A DNA stretch of 63,149 nt, counting the filler, from Octopus bimaculoides (taxonomy: Eukaryota), in assembly GCF_001194135.2 (NCBI RefSeq). It is 5 parts of 5 records of this genome, joined end to end, with 100 filler letters (N's around TTAATTAATTAA, not from the genome) between each part and the next. Parts side by side here need not be neighbours in the genome. Positions count along the whole stretch, not along the records: positions 48,641 to 53,492 come from NW_026305257.1; positions 53,593 to 63,149 come from NW_026315005.1; 3 more parts are not named here. The stretch is one strand, 5' to 3'. The position numbers and the translations under genes were made by a program. The stretch's first letter is position 1. Each line of letters opens with the position of its first letter. The notes under the pieces are model-generated. The model worked only from the letters and a program-made list of their open reading frames with translations, did no database searches and was not told the DNA's origin. Shown here piece by piece: positions 51,991-63,149 of this stretch.

Positions 51991-52377
51991 CAGCTCATCG
52001 CCCTCAATGTACCATATACNNNNNNNNNNNNNNNNNNNNNNNNNNNNNNNNNNNNNNNNNNNNNNNNNNNNNNNNNNNNNNNNNNNNNNNNNNNNNNNNN
52101 NNNNNNNNNNNNNNNNNNNNNNNNNNNNNNNNNNNNNNNNNNNNNNNNNNNNNNNNNNNNNNNNNNNNNNNNNNNNNNNNNNNNNNNNNNNNNNNNNNNN
52201 NNNNNNNNNNNNNNNNNNNNNNNNNNNNNNNNNNNNNNNNNNNNNNNNNNNNNNNNNNNNNNNNNNNNNNNNNNNNNNNNNNNNNNNNNNNNNNNNATAT
52301 ATATATATATAGGTATGTATATATATATATATATATAGGTATGTATATATATACATAGGTATGTAGGTATGTATATA

Positions 52378-52408
<31 letters not shown>

Positions 52409-52419
52409 ATGTATACACA

Positions 52420-52580
52420 GCAGACTGCTCTCAATTTCCGCCTACCAAACCCAGGGCATTGATCGACCGGAGGACATGGTGGCAGACTCTTACTCAAGGT
52501 GTCATGCAGTAGTACTGAACCCGGAACCATCATGCAGTTCGGAAACAAACGTCTTACCGCACAGCTCCGCCTGCGCCTAT
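52420..52580 (-). mobile_element. SINE family C, 5' half
   Basis: ctctcaatttccgcctaccaaac...gatcgaccggagg...caaggtgtcatgcagtagtactgaacccggaaccat. Confidence 0.75.
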
Positions 52581-53251
52581 ATGTATATATACACGCATTC
52601 AAACTGCTTTTTTGCCCGTAATCAGCATTAATGAAAAAAAAATCCTAAGAATCAGTTTCCAAGACATATTTCACTCTCTTTATATACCCACTGGTTATTG
52701 AAATTCCATGTTGAGTGTATAAATACACGAACGCAGGATCTTTTGAACGTATCTCGCTTATGTTTTCGTATCTGAAACTTTTGTCGTTGTTCTTTGATTT
52801 CACACATTTTATTCATCATCATATAACCAATAATTGACATCATATTGGAAAGTTCATCAGGGCAAAGCTTCTCAAGGGACTTTAAAAAAGTTTCTGAAAC
52901 TGAACTGGCCGTATAGAATATGCTGCTGCTGATGCCGCCGCTGCTGATGCCGCCGCTGCTGATGCTGCTGTTGCTCCACAAGGTGCTGCTAGTTAATGTT
53001 GTTGCTACAGTTGCTGCTGCCGTTGCTGCTACCACTACTACTACTACTATTACGATAACTACTACTGCTGCTGCTGATGATGATGATGGTGATGATTCTC
53101 CTACGGCTGCTGCTTAAGATGTTGAGGATGACTCCAACAAAATTGATGTCAACAATAATGACGATCAATACAATTGTAAATAGCAAAACAACGATGAAAT
53201 ATAAGAACGCTATAAGTATCCATCCATCCATCTATACATACATACATACGT

Positions 53252-53287
<36 letters not shown>

Positions 53288-53317
53288 TATGTGTAAATAT
53301 ATATGTATGTGTATATG

Positions 53318-53355
<38 letters not shown>

Positions 53356-53492
53356 AAATTAAAATAATAATTACTCTTGAGCCACACCCAGGTATATATG
53401 TAAACAATATAAACTTTTTGCTTCAAAGGCCGTTAAGCATACATATGTATATATGAATGTACGTATATATATATATATATATGAATGTACGT

Positions 53493-53592
53493 NNNNNNNN
53501 NNNNNNNNNNNNNNNNNNNNNNNNNNNNNNNNNNNNTTAATTAATTAANNNNNNNNNNNNNNNNNNNNNNNNNNNNNNNNNNNNNNNNNNNN
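53493..53592. other. Artificial scaffold-join linker
   Basis: 44N-TTAATTAATTAA(53537-53548)-44N. Confidence 0.95.
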
Positions 53593-53678
53593 ATATATAC
53601 ATATATACATACATATATACATACATATATACATATATATATTCTATACATATATATATACATATATATATTCTATAC

Positions 53679-53783
<105 letters not shown>

Positions 53784-53929
53784 NNNNNNNNNNNNNNNNN
53801 NNNNNNNNNNNNNNNNNNNNNNNNNNNNNNNNNNNNNNNNNNNNNNNNNNNNNNNNNNNNNNNNNNNNNNNNNNNNNNNNNNNNNNNNNNNNNNNNNNNN
53901 NNNNNNNNNNNNNNNNTATATATATACTT

Positions 53930-54060
53930 ATACATACATATATATATATATATACTTATACATACATATATATATATATATACTTATACATACATATATA
54001 TATATATATACTTATACATACATATATATATATATATACTTATACATACATATATGTATA
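53930..54060. repeat. ~24-26-bp AT minisatellite
   Basis: (tatatatatacttatacataca)n, about five units. Confidence 0.85.
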
Positions 54061-54482
54061 TATAAGTAAAAGCATACATACACAAACCAGCGAGGGCTGA
54101 CTGACCCCGTTTCCCTTGTTTTGTGACAAGACGTAATCAAGTGACCTTTAGGAGCAAAGGTCAGGTTTTTAAGGGGAACTATGGTATAACAATAGCGCTA
54201 AGTGATTTACATATGCACATACCTATGCATACAACACATACCCACACACACACATATACATAAGACCGTATATATAGGGTCTTTTTTTCCTTTTTGTCCC
54301 TTCTACCCACGGTTTTTTAAATGCAACACAAACAATAGACCGTGCCTCCCCTCATCTCTACTTCTAAAATATGAAACACGTTTAATGAATTTATGACTCG
54401 ATAAAGGACACATTTTCTCTATGCCCCCCCAAAAAAAACCTCTCCCCATTTTTTTTTTTAGGGATCATAGTTATTATTATTA

Positions 54483-54517
<35 letters not shown>

Positions 54518-55114
54518 GTCATTATTATTGCATTAGAAGTGATTGGGCGGTGGAGGAAAGAAATTAGGGAAACATTCTTATGGATCTTAACCTTGTTTAT
54601 TTATCAGTTGCTATTATGTATGTTGTAAACTTTCGTAGCGTAATATAGCGGAGTCAACAAGTTGTGTGTGTGTGTATATATATATACATATATATATATA
54701 TATACACATATCTATACATACATACATATACATGCATATGTGCGTGTGCGTGTGCGTGTGCGTGTGCGTGTGCGTGTGCGTGTGCGTGTGTGTGTATGAC
54801 TAACTATGTGGGTTTGTATGTGCGTATATATGTGCATATGTATCCATATGTGTGTGTGTGCGAGCACGTATGTGTGCATGTGCTTGTACTCAGTCCAGAC
54901 TCCCAAAATATAAGCTCACGACTACTTGTCAGTGTATGTAACGGTATATGCGTTTGTGAATACATACTCAGTCCAGACGCAAATTCATAATTTCACGAAC
55001 ATGTATATGTATATGTATGTATGCATATACACTCACATTTCATATATATATATATACATACACATACATTCATTCATACATACATACACACACACACACA
55101 CACATATGGATATA

Positions 55115-55412
55115 GGTGCACTCCGTCGGTTACGACATCGAGGGTCCCAGCTGATACGATCAACGGAACAGCTTACTCTTGAAATTAACGCACATGTGGC
55201 TGAGCCCTCCACAGACACGTGTACCATTAACGTAGTTCTCAAGGAGATTCAGCGTGACACAGAGTGTGATAAGGCTGGTCCTTTGAAATACAGGTACTAC
55301 TCATTTTTGACAGTTTAGTGAACTGGAGAAACGTGAAATAAAGTGTTTTGCTGAAGGACACAACGCGCCGCCGGGAATTGATCTCACGACCTTACAATCA
55401 TGAGCCGAATGC
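55115..55412 (-). mobile_element. SINE family B
   Basis: Reverse complement of the 12041-12343 / 61940-62322 tail, plus a family-B head. Confidence 0.9.
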
Positions 55413-55730
55413 CTTCGCAGTTCACCTACCGCGGTTTATTATTTAAGCTTATGTCGAATCCTCTGGGGCGTTGTTTTGCATTTATAATAAAACAAATTTA
55501 TGTAAATTATAAAAATAATAATATAAAATATACAGTACTGTTTGAACTATGCGGATTTTCATCTGTCGCAGGGGGTAACATCCCTTATAGTCGAGGGTTT
55601 ACTGTTCTTGATTTGCCCTTTTATGCGATTATAGGGATATTCAAGAAATATATTCTTAATAAACTTTATACATACATAAATACATACATACATATGTACG
55701 TACATATATACATACATACATACACACTTA

Positions 55731-56298
55731 CAGGTGTATATGTACATCCAGGAAGTAAATAGACACCTTTAATATCCAAAATTTCTGATCTAGGTGTCTT
55801 AATGTTTTCAGCGGTGTAGAATTTACAATGTAATTATTCTTTTTCATTCCAGGTGCCATTATATTAAACATTTGCGAAGACTAACCATGCCACGCACAAA
55901 AAATTCAGCAGAACTGTCGGATTTTCAAAGAGGTCGTATAGTTGAGTAATCTAAGGCTGGTCTCAGCCAGAGAAAAATTGCCGAAAATCTCCAAATTCCT
56001 CTTGCTACTGTAAATAGAATTATATAGTGCAATTCAAAAGCCAAGGAAAAGAATCAACAGATTAACCTCCCGGCCGACCTGGGCCCTCAGAAAGGAAGCT
56101 TCGCTGTTTGAAGAGAATTGTTGAAAACGAACCCCGTTCGAAGGCTTCTGACATTGCAAAAAAGCTAGAAGTTAGTCCAAGAACGTGTGTTACATATCTG
56201 CATAAGCTTGGGTATTATGGACGAGCAATTAGAAGAAAACCTTTCCTTCAACCAATTAATATGAAATAAAAGATTTTGAAAATTAAAGGTGCTTCTTT
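55731..56298 (+). mobile_element. Tc1-like transposon 5' part (runs into gap), pseudogene
   Basis: From 55887: [45 protein letters not shown]...GRPG.SER.LR.LKRIVENEPR.KASDIA...V.PRT...YLHKLGYYGRAIRRKP. Left boundary is approximate. Confidence 0.85.
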
Positions 56299-57372
56299 NN
56301 NNNNNNNNNNNNNNNNNNNNNNNNNNNNNNNNNNNNNNNNNNNNNNNNNNNNNNNNNNNNNNNNNNNNNNNNNNNNNNNNNNNNNNNNNNNNNNNNNNNN
56401 NNNNNNNNNNNNNNNNNNNNNNNNNNNNNNNNNNNNNNNNNNNNNNNNNNNNNNNNNNNNNNNNNNNNNNNNNNNNNNNNNNNNNNNNNNNNNNNNNNNN
56501 NNNNNNNNNNNNNNNNNNNNNNNNNNNNNNNNNNNNNNNNNNNNNNNNNNNNNNNNNNNNNNNNNNNNNNNNNNNNNNNNNNNNNNNNNNNNNNAACGTA
56601 AAGACGGACAAAATGTTGCTAAGCATTTTGTCCGGCATGCTGATTCTGCCAGCTCGCCGGCTTTTCATGATCAACAATAATAACCCTACTGCCACCACCA
56701 CCACCACCACCGCCGCCAACATCATTAACAATACCACTAGCACCACGACCACCTACACAATGCCATCAACACCACCATCAACACATCTACCATCACGATT
56801 ACGACGAAAACCACCACCACCATCACCACCAGCAGCACCACCTCCACCACCAGCATTAATAACAATAACTTCAACAACAACAACACTAAGTCATCAGTAA
56901 TGAGGAATCGAATTACATTACTGTTTCTTTGACTCTCACTCTCTCTTCCTCCCACCGTCCCTCTTGGTCACCCCTCTCTCTCTTCCTTGTTCCCTTCTGA
57001 TAATCCGGCGTAATTCCTCCATCGGCAACACAAAGCCATCTCTATCGGTATTGTTTTAATATAACATCTCCTTGACGCATTAACTTCTATCCTCTCGAGT
57101 GACCTCTGGTCATCATTAGTTCATCATATTACATTCTTCTTTGAGTGAAGAATATCTCATCCTCTGGTGTCGTTCAAAAATTGTACTTGAGTCTTCAAGT
57201 AGGGGGAGGGGGCAGGGAAGAGATTAAGAGGAGGAGGCGTGTAGGAGTAAGGGTATAAGACGCTTAGTGAAGTGAGAGTGAGGAGTCGCATCTCTATCAC
57301 TCACTCTTCCTCTTTCTTTCTCTCACTTCATACATACATACATACATATATATATATGTATATATATGTATG

Positions 57373-57412
<40 letters not shown>

Positions 57413-57524
57413 CATATATATATTTTTATATATAAATGTATGTATATATATATATATATACATATCTATGTGTATACAAACACATCTATGGGTAGATTGA
57501 TAAACAGATAGAGACATACAAAGC

Positions 57525-57568
<44 letters not shown>

Positions 57569-58232
57569 TATATACACACACATATCTATGTATATGGGTG
57601 GGGGCTTGAGTGTGGGTCTGCGTGTGTGAATCTTTCTATCAGCCTTACCCTATTTACCGATTCACCACCCTCCTCAATCTCCTCCCCCCTACTTGGTGCT
57701 CCCGATTCAACAGAAGGGCTCACTACAAAGCGAGAACTTTTAATGGGTTGCCTACTTCTCTTTTCTTCTAAGGTGACGATTATTATTATTATTATTATTA
57801 TTACTATTACTACTACTACTATTGCCAATTGCTCGCGTTATTGACCCAGTAAAACAAACAATAACACTGAAGGGGAGACAACAGACAAGAAGTGAGACAT
57901 TAGGTGGCTTCAGGGACGATTAAAGAATTTGGTGGAAAAAAGTGCTTGACAAAATAATTTGAGATGGCCGATAGACAGTTTGTGAGAAATGAGAGAGATA
58001 GGTAGACAGACAGACAGACAGACAAACTGATAGAAAGTCTGATAGTCAGATACATACATATATATAGATAGATAGATAAATACATGGATGGATAGATATA
58101 TACAAACGTAGCTACACAGAAATAAACATGTGGATAGGTAGATAGATAGGTAGTTGGAAAAATAGAGAGATACAAAAACTCACTCGTACTCGCACACTCA
58201 TATACATACATGCGTATATATGAATATACATG

Positions 58233-58287
<55 letters not shown>

Positions 58288-58954
58288 GTACATATAAATT
58301 CAGTGTGTGTTATGTTCATATATATCTATACACACATACATAAGGCATGTATATAAATAGATGGAAATACACACACACACACAAACACACGCACATACAT
58401 ATTCAGGGAGACAGAAAGAGATAGTAAGATATAAAGGCATGGTATAAAAGAGAAATAAGTGAATGCAATCGAGACGAGAGTGAAAAAGAAAAGAGAGAAA
58501 GAGAGGATGAGAGTGAAGAATTTAAAAAAAAAGGTGAAAAATTGGAAGCTGAAGCAGAGAAAATAAGGAAAAAGTTTGTGCCTGGTATCATCAGAACAAA
58601 AGTGACTTTCAGTTAATATTTCTGTTTTCAGTGTAAATCAACGGTTTTTATCATGGTTGGATGGCCTTAACATTCGCATTTGGACAAAGGACACACCGCG
58701 GACATGGTTTCTTCTCTCGCACCACCACATGACAAATAATAATATTATTATTACTATTTCCTGCAGCCATACTTTCGTATCCACTGATTTTACACAGTGT
58801 TGAGCACCTTGATGTGGATACATGCCCCGAGTATCTCTCTAATGTAGTGGTCCTCGACAATATTTTCCCTATGGGTCCCTTTGATTCCTATTTTACTCAG
58901 GAATGTACCCTCATAGTCACTCAATGTCTAAAAACTATTGTTTTTATGATTAAA

Positions 58955-60300
58955 CTAGCAGAGACACCCAGCGTCGCTCGGGATTAAAATGGTATAGTTT
59001 ATTTATATATATTTTACAGTTATGTTGAAACAGGTGAATCGGGAAAGTGCAGCAATGACGACAAAACATTTGTGGAGTAAATGATGGTCTAATTCGACAA
59101 ATCGACATGTAATACATCGGAGGATTTGAGGATTCCAAGTACTAACCTATCACGGAAAATTGGGGGTGAAGGTATGTAATTTTCTAACCCACCGAAAAGC
59201 TCAGTGGAATACTCTCCTTTGAGGCGGTCAGCGCTACGTCTAACACGACCCGTCCTATGGTTAACAGTCAAATGAATGGAGGTGTAATGGAGATATTCTA
59301 GGTAAATGGGTACATTCTAGAAATGGGTTGCAATGGGAGACGGAAAGGAGCTGGTAGTGCTTGCAATCTTACCTTACCGCCCGAGCAGCACATGCCATTT
59401 GTTTCATTTGGAAATTTGAAAGCTTCGTAGAAACGACATTTTGAGTGTAGCACACCATTTTGTACAGAATTATAAGAATAGGATGGGTCATATCTGAAAG
59501 CAGCTCCTGGTGTTGCGAAGAGCGAATTTGCATGCGATCTATTTCTGAGCGCTATTGTATTGGACCTCTGTCTAATCTGGCGTGTTAAACGTTGTTCTAA
59601 TGATTCAGCATTAATTATTACAGCATGCCTTAGCTGATATTGGGAAAATCTCATCTCCCTTCTCTCTTGAGACTACATTTGATGTGTTGCGGCATGCATC
59701 TGCTGACCTTGAGAAAGTCTCGTCTCCTTTCTCTGTCGAGACACTCGCCTTTGTTTTCTGTAACCGTCCTCGCTTTATACGTGTTTCTGGAGGGATTACG
59801 TCTTTTCTTTGGTGGCATATTTTTTCAATATTGTAAACAAAAAATTATGAACATAGAAAAAATATACATTAATCTCTATTTTTGTAAGCAATTGTAAATA
59901 TATATTATGTCCGTATTTTTGTATGCTGTGTAAATTTATGAAATATAAGATAAATGAACGAAATAGCACATGTATGGAACTGCTAATTCAACGGTAAATG
60001 CCACAATAATTATTACAGAGAGACAAAGAATTTTATGTCTTACCTTGCAACTTCTGCGATAATTATCATCTGGTAATGAATCCGTAAATATGTATTGTTT
60101 TAAAGTCAATGAATATAAAATTTTGTATTGACACTGGCCAACTCACACTTCGCGCATGTCAGTCGTCCACAAAGTATATAAAACAAGCAAGAGAAGAAAG
60201 AGACAAAAATAAAATAACACGTGTCAAAAATTTTTTTTCTTTCTAAAAACGTTCAATGACGTTAACTGGAGTGTGGGGTTCGAGTAGACGTCATTCCACC
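58955..60300 (-). mobile_element. Deleted Helitron: RepHel N-terminus + 3' terminus
   Basis: ATG at 59818 (MPPKKRRN), frameshifted into E..EQRL repeats and AAFRYDP...C...A.KF.NE..GMCCSGGKV.L. Minus-strand 3' end is a hairpin cccgagcgacgctggg followed by CTAG|T at 58955. The 5' boundary is approximate. Confidence 0.8.
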
Positions 60301-60573
60301 TTTTCATTTATCATTACAATTCTTTTCATTCGATTTTATTTTTCCTCCCCTTTTGTGTTTTTTTTTTGTCCTTGTGTTGTTCCCTCTGTGTTTCGACCCT
60401 GTGTGGTTAATAAAAAAATTAAGTCGTCAGGTATGTATATGTATGTGTAGATGTGTATGCGTGTGTATGTGCGTGTGTTTTAATAACGTACCGTATATAG
60501 TTTGTCTGTACTTTTGTATGCAGTATAAATTAAGGAAATATATGTATGTATGTATGTATGTATTTATGTATGT

Positions 60574-61173
60574 CATTATTGAATTTTATTTCAAGATTTC
60601 TTGCGAATAGAGAGAGAGCCGGTTTCTAATGTAGATCGAAGGCTCCTTCATTGGAATTTTAACATCAAGAACAGGGTATTTTTTATGTATGTATACATGA
60701 AGATTTGTATGGGTTTTCTTTTGTATCATGCATATACTTGCACATCTAGACATGCTCATATATACTTAAATGATAAACTTTTGGAAAATTTTACAGATTT
60801 TTACAGTTCCAACGATGGCTTGGATCTGTAGTCTTCGAATCAGCTTTCTCCTTTCTGATTTTGCGAAGTCTAATTTCTCAAGACTAGTATTTAGGCATTG
60901 TTTTACATATTCCAGTGCTCCAAAAATTGCAGGCATAAACCTGAACTTGTAACCCGGATAGAGTAACTGCAGATTTCTCAAATTTTTCACTGATCTTCAG
61001 CGTAATGTTAGCATCCGATGGGCAGCTGATTTCCACAACTGTATATAATTTCTCTTCTTTATCCCAAATCATTTTATCAGGTCTGTTGTGCTTACATTTT
61101 ATTGAGTTCTTCACTGGGACATTCCACCAGTACTCCTTTTTTTTTATTATGAACGACTATGGCTTCCACCATA
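60574..61173 (-). mobile_element. R4/Dong-like LINE 3' fragment (same family as 41947-43404)
   Basis: KCKHNRPD...WD.....TVVEISCP.D.NI (RLE) and YPGYKFRF...GAL...GTVKICKIFQKFII. Shared 3' UTR; flanked by (TATG)n. Confidence 0.9.
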
Positions 61174-61359
61174 GTGTATGTACGTATGTATGTACGTATG
61201 TATGTATATATGTATGTATATATGTATGCATGTATGTATATGTATGTATGTATATATGTATATATTTCTACGTTAAAGATGCTTGGTGGCCAATGAATAG
61301 CTCTTGGTAAATATAATAAAAAGAAAAATAATCCTTCCCAAGGCATATAGACTCATAGA

Positions 61360-61572
61360 ACCAGTTTCCCAGTTTCCGTGCCATATATATTCATATATCC
61401 ATATATGGATGGGTCAGCGGTTCGCCACAGGATTACTAATTTTCGCCAGCTAAGAAGACTGGAGCAACGTGAAGTGTTTTGCTCACGTGCATAACGCCTC
61501 GCCAAGTCCAGGAATCGAAACCACAATCTTACTATCACGAGCCCAACGCCCTTACCACTAAGCTACGCACGT
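61360..61572 (-). mobile_element. SINE with family-B-like head and a different tail
   Basis: Sense gcgtagcttagtggtaaggg...gtttcgattcctgg...gagcaaaacacttcacgttgctccagtc..., tail ...ggaaactgggaaactgg. Confidence 0.75.
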
Positions 61573-61573
61573 C

Positions 61574-61620
<47 letters not shown>

Positions 61621-61939
61621 NNNNNNNNNNNNNNNNNNNNNNNNNNNNNNNNNNNNNNNNNNNNNNNNNNNNNNNNNNNNNNNNNNNNNNNNNNNNNNNN
61701 NNNNNNNNNNNNNNNNNNNNNNNNNNNNNNNNNNNNNNNNNNNNNNNNNNNNNNNNNNNNNNNNNNNNNNNNNNNNNNNNNNNNNNNNNNNNNNNNNNNN
61801 NNNNNNNNNNNNNNNNNNNNNNNNNNNNNNNNNNNNNNNNNNNNNNNNNNNNNNNNNNNNNNNNNNNNNNNNNNNNNNNNNNNNNNNNNNNNNNNNNNNN
61901 NNNNNNNNNNNNNNNNNNNNTATATATATACACATAACA

Positions 61940-62322
61940 GTGGAGGCGCAATGGTCCGGTGGTTAGGGCAGCGGACTCGCGGTCATAGGATCGCGGTTTC
62001 GATTCCCAGACCGGGCGTTGTGAGTGTTTATTGAGCGAAAACACCTAAAGCTCCACGAGGCTCCTGCAGGGGATGGTGACGAACCCTGTTGTACTCTTCC
62101 ACCACAACTTTCTCTCACTCTTACTTCCTGTTTCTGTTGTACCTGTAATTCAAAGTGTCAGCCTTGTCACACTCTGTGTCACGCTGAATCTCCCCGAGAA
62201 CTACGTTAAGGGTACACGTGTCTGTGGAATGCTCAGCCACTTGCACGTTAATTTCACGAGTAGGCTGTTCCGTTAATCGGATCAACTGGAACCCTTGACG
62301 TCGTAAGCGACGGAGTGCCAAC
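61940..62322 (+). mobile_element. SINE with alternative tRNA head and family-B tail
   Basis: gtggaggcgcaatggtccggtggttagggcagcggactcgcgg head (isolated head also at ~34937-34988). Tail from gtacctgta.ttcaaag is shared with family B. Confidence 0.9.
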
Positions 62323-62394
62323 ATACACATAACACACACCTATACATACACACATACACACACACATATGCTCACGGATGTCTGTGTTTATGAT

Positions 62395-62772
62395 ATGCTA
62401 GCAGGCATATTAAGTAGCATAATTGGTGAGTCGCGAATGCCTCCAATCGTGATATTTCACTGTTCCTTGGTGGTAATTTCTCCCATGCAAGTATATGTGG
62501 TAGCCGTCTGTTCCATATGGAAAAATCAATGGAACTCTGAAATTCTCAATCCACCTTGTTTCAAGTGAAGAACAATATCTCTATTTTCTGTAGGTTCATT
62601 TGACATTAAAATTGCAATTTCAGCCCCTGTTGGTGCATTAAAATGCCCTTGGTAAATTTCACCTTGGATTCTTACAGATGGATTCCAGCCTTGGACAGAT
62701 GTATCTAAGCTGGTCATGAAAAACAGAGAATTGTAGTCCTTGAGCCTTGACAAAAAGTGTTTGCTGAATGCA
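62395..62772 (-). mobile_element. Helitron Rep-domain fragment with internal deletion
   Basis: FLSRLKDYNSLFFMTS...GWNPSVRIQGEIY fused to FNAPT..EIAIL.......RDIVLH...GGL.RISE. Confidence 0.75.
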
Positions 62773-62914
62773 TTTACGTGTGTATACATATATATATATT
62801 TATAAAAGTTTTTATGTATATGGTTGAATGCAGGTGCGTGTATGAGGGGAACGGTCGAAATGCAGATGGATGAATGTATATGCATACACCTAATTAATGT
62901 GTGTGTGTGTGTGT

Positions 62915-63149
62915 ACATCTTTTATCATTTCATTGTTTCAGTCATCAAACTGCGGACATGTTGGAGCACTGCCATCAAGAACTTAAATCGAATGAATCGA
63001 TTCCAGTACTATCTTTTTACGCCTACTACTTATTCAATCAATGTCTTTTTCGAACTGTTAAGTTACAGAAACACACCAACATCGGTCGTCAGAGAGTGTG
63101 GAGCGAGATTAAACACAAACACAATGACCCCCTGCCACACACACACACA
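62915..63149 (-). mobile_element. SINE family C, 3' half
   Basis: gtttcagtcatcaaactgcggacatgttggagcactgcc...gattccagtact...cctactacttattc...acaccaacatcggtcgtcag. Confidence 0.75.

Noticed and set aside
61940-62015. tRNA-like sequences here and at 12041, 34937 and 45096
   Set aside because: They have A/B boxes but no closed acceptor stem and continue into SINE bodies, so they are SINE heads, not tRNA genes.

Overview
Eukaryotic, AT-rich, microsatellite-saturated, gap-ridden draft genomic DNA. It is very probably octopus or another coleoid cephalopod (inferred from the SINE and RTE families and the SSR density; not verified). I could not confidently identify any host protein-coding gene, rRNA, real tRNA gene or CRISPR array. 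Nearly all long ORFs in the track are translations of microsatellites or N runs. Four artificial 100-bp linkers (44N-TTAATTAATTAA-44N) split the window into five scaffold pieces. The recognisable content is decayed mobile DNA: tRNA-derived SINEs, RTE, R4/Dong-like and Tx1-like LINEs, a Penelope GIY-YIG fragment, a solo LTR, Helitrons, mariner/Tc1/maT, a hAT MITE and a Chapaev3-like element. Three observations stand out. (1) Several type I hammerhead-ribozyme-like motifs sit in small non-autonomous elements at 39.9-45.2 kb: two fold-back elements with outward-facing ribozyme arms, one motif behind a Penelope endonuclease, and one tRNA-headed SINE carrying a hammerhead. (2) Retroelements appear to target specific microsatellites: R4/Dong-like copies in (CATA)n, and a Tx1-like LINE plus a solo LTR in one (GATA)n array. 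(3) An 18.8-kb CpG-depleted segment is bounded exactly by scaffold linkers, suggesting a methylated gene body.
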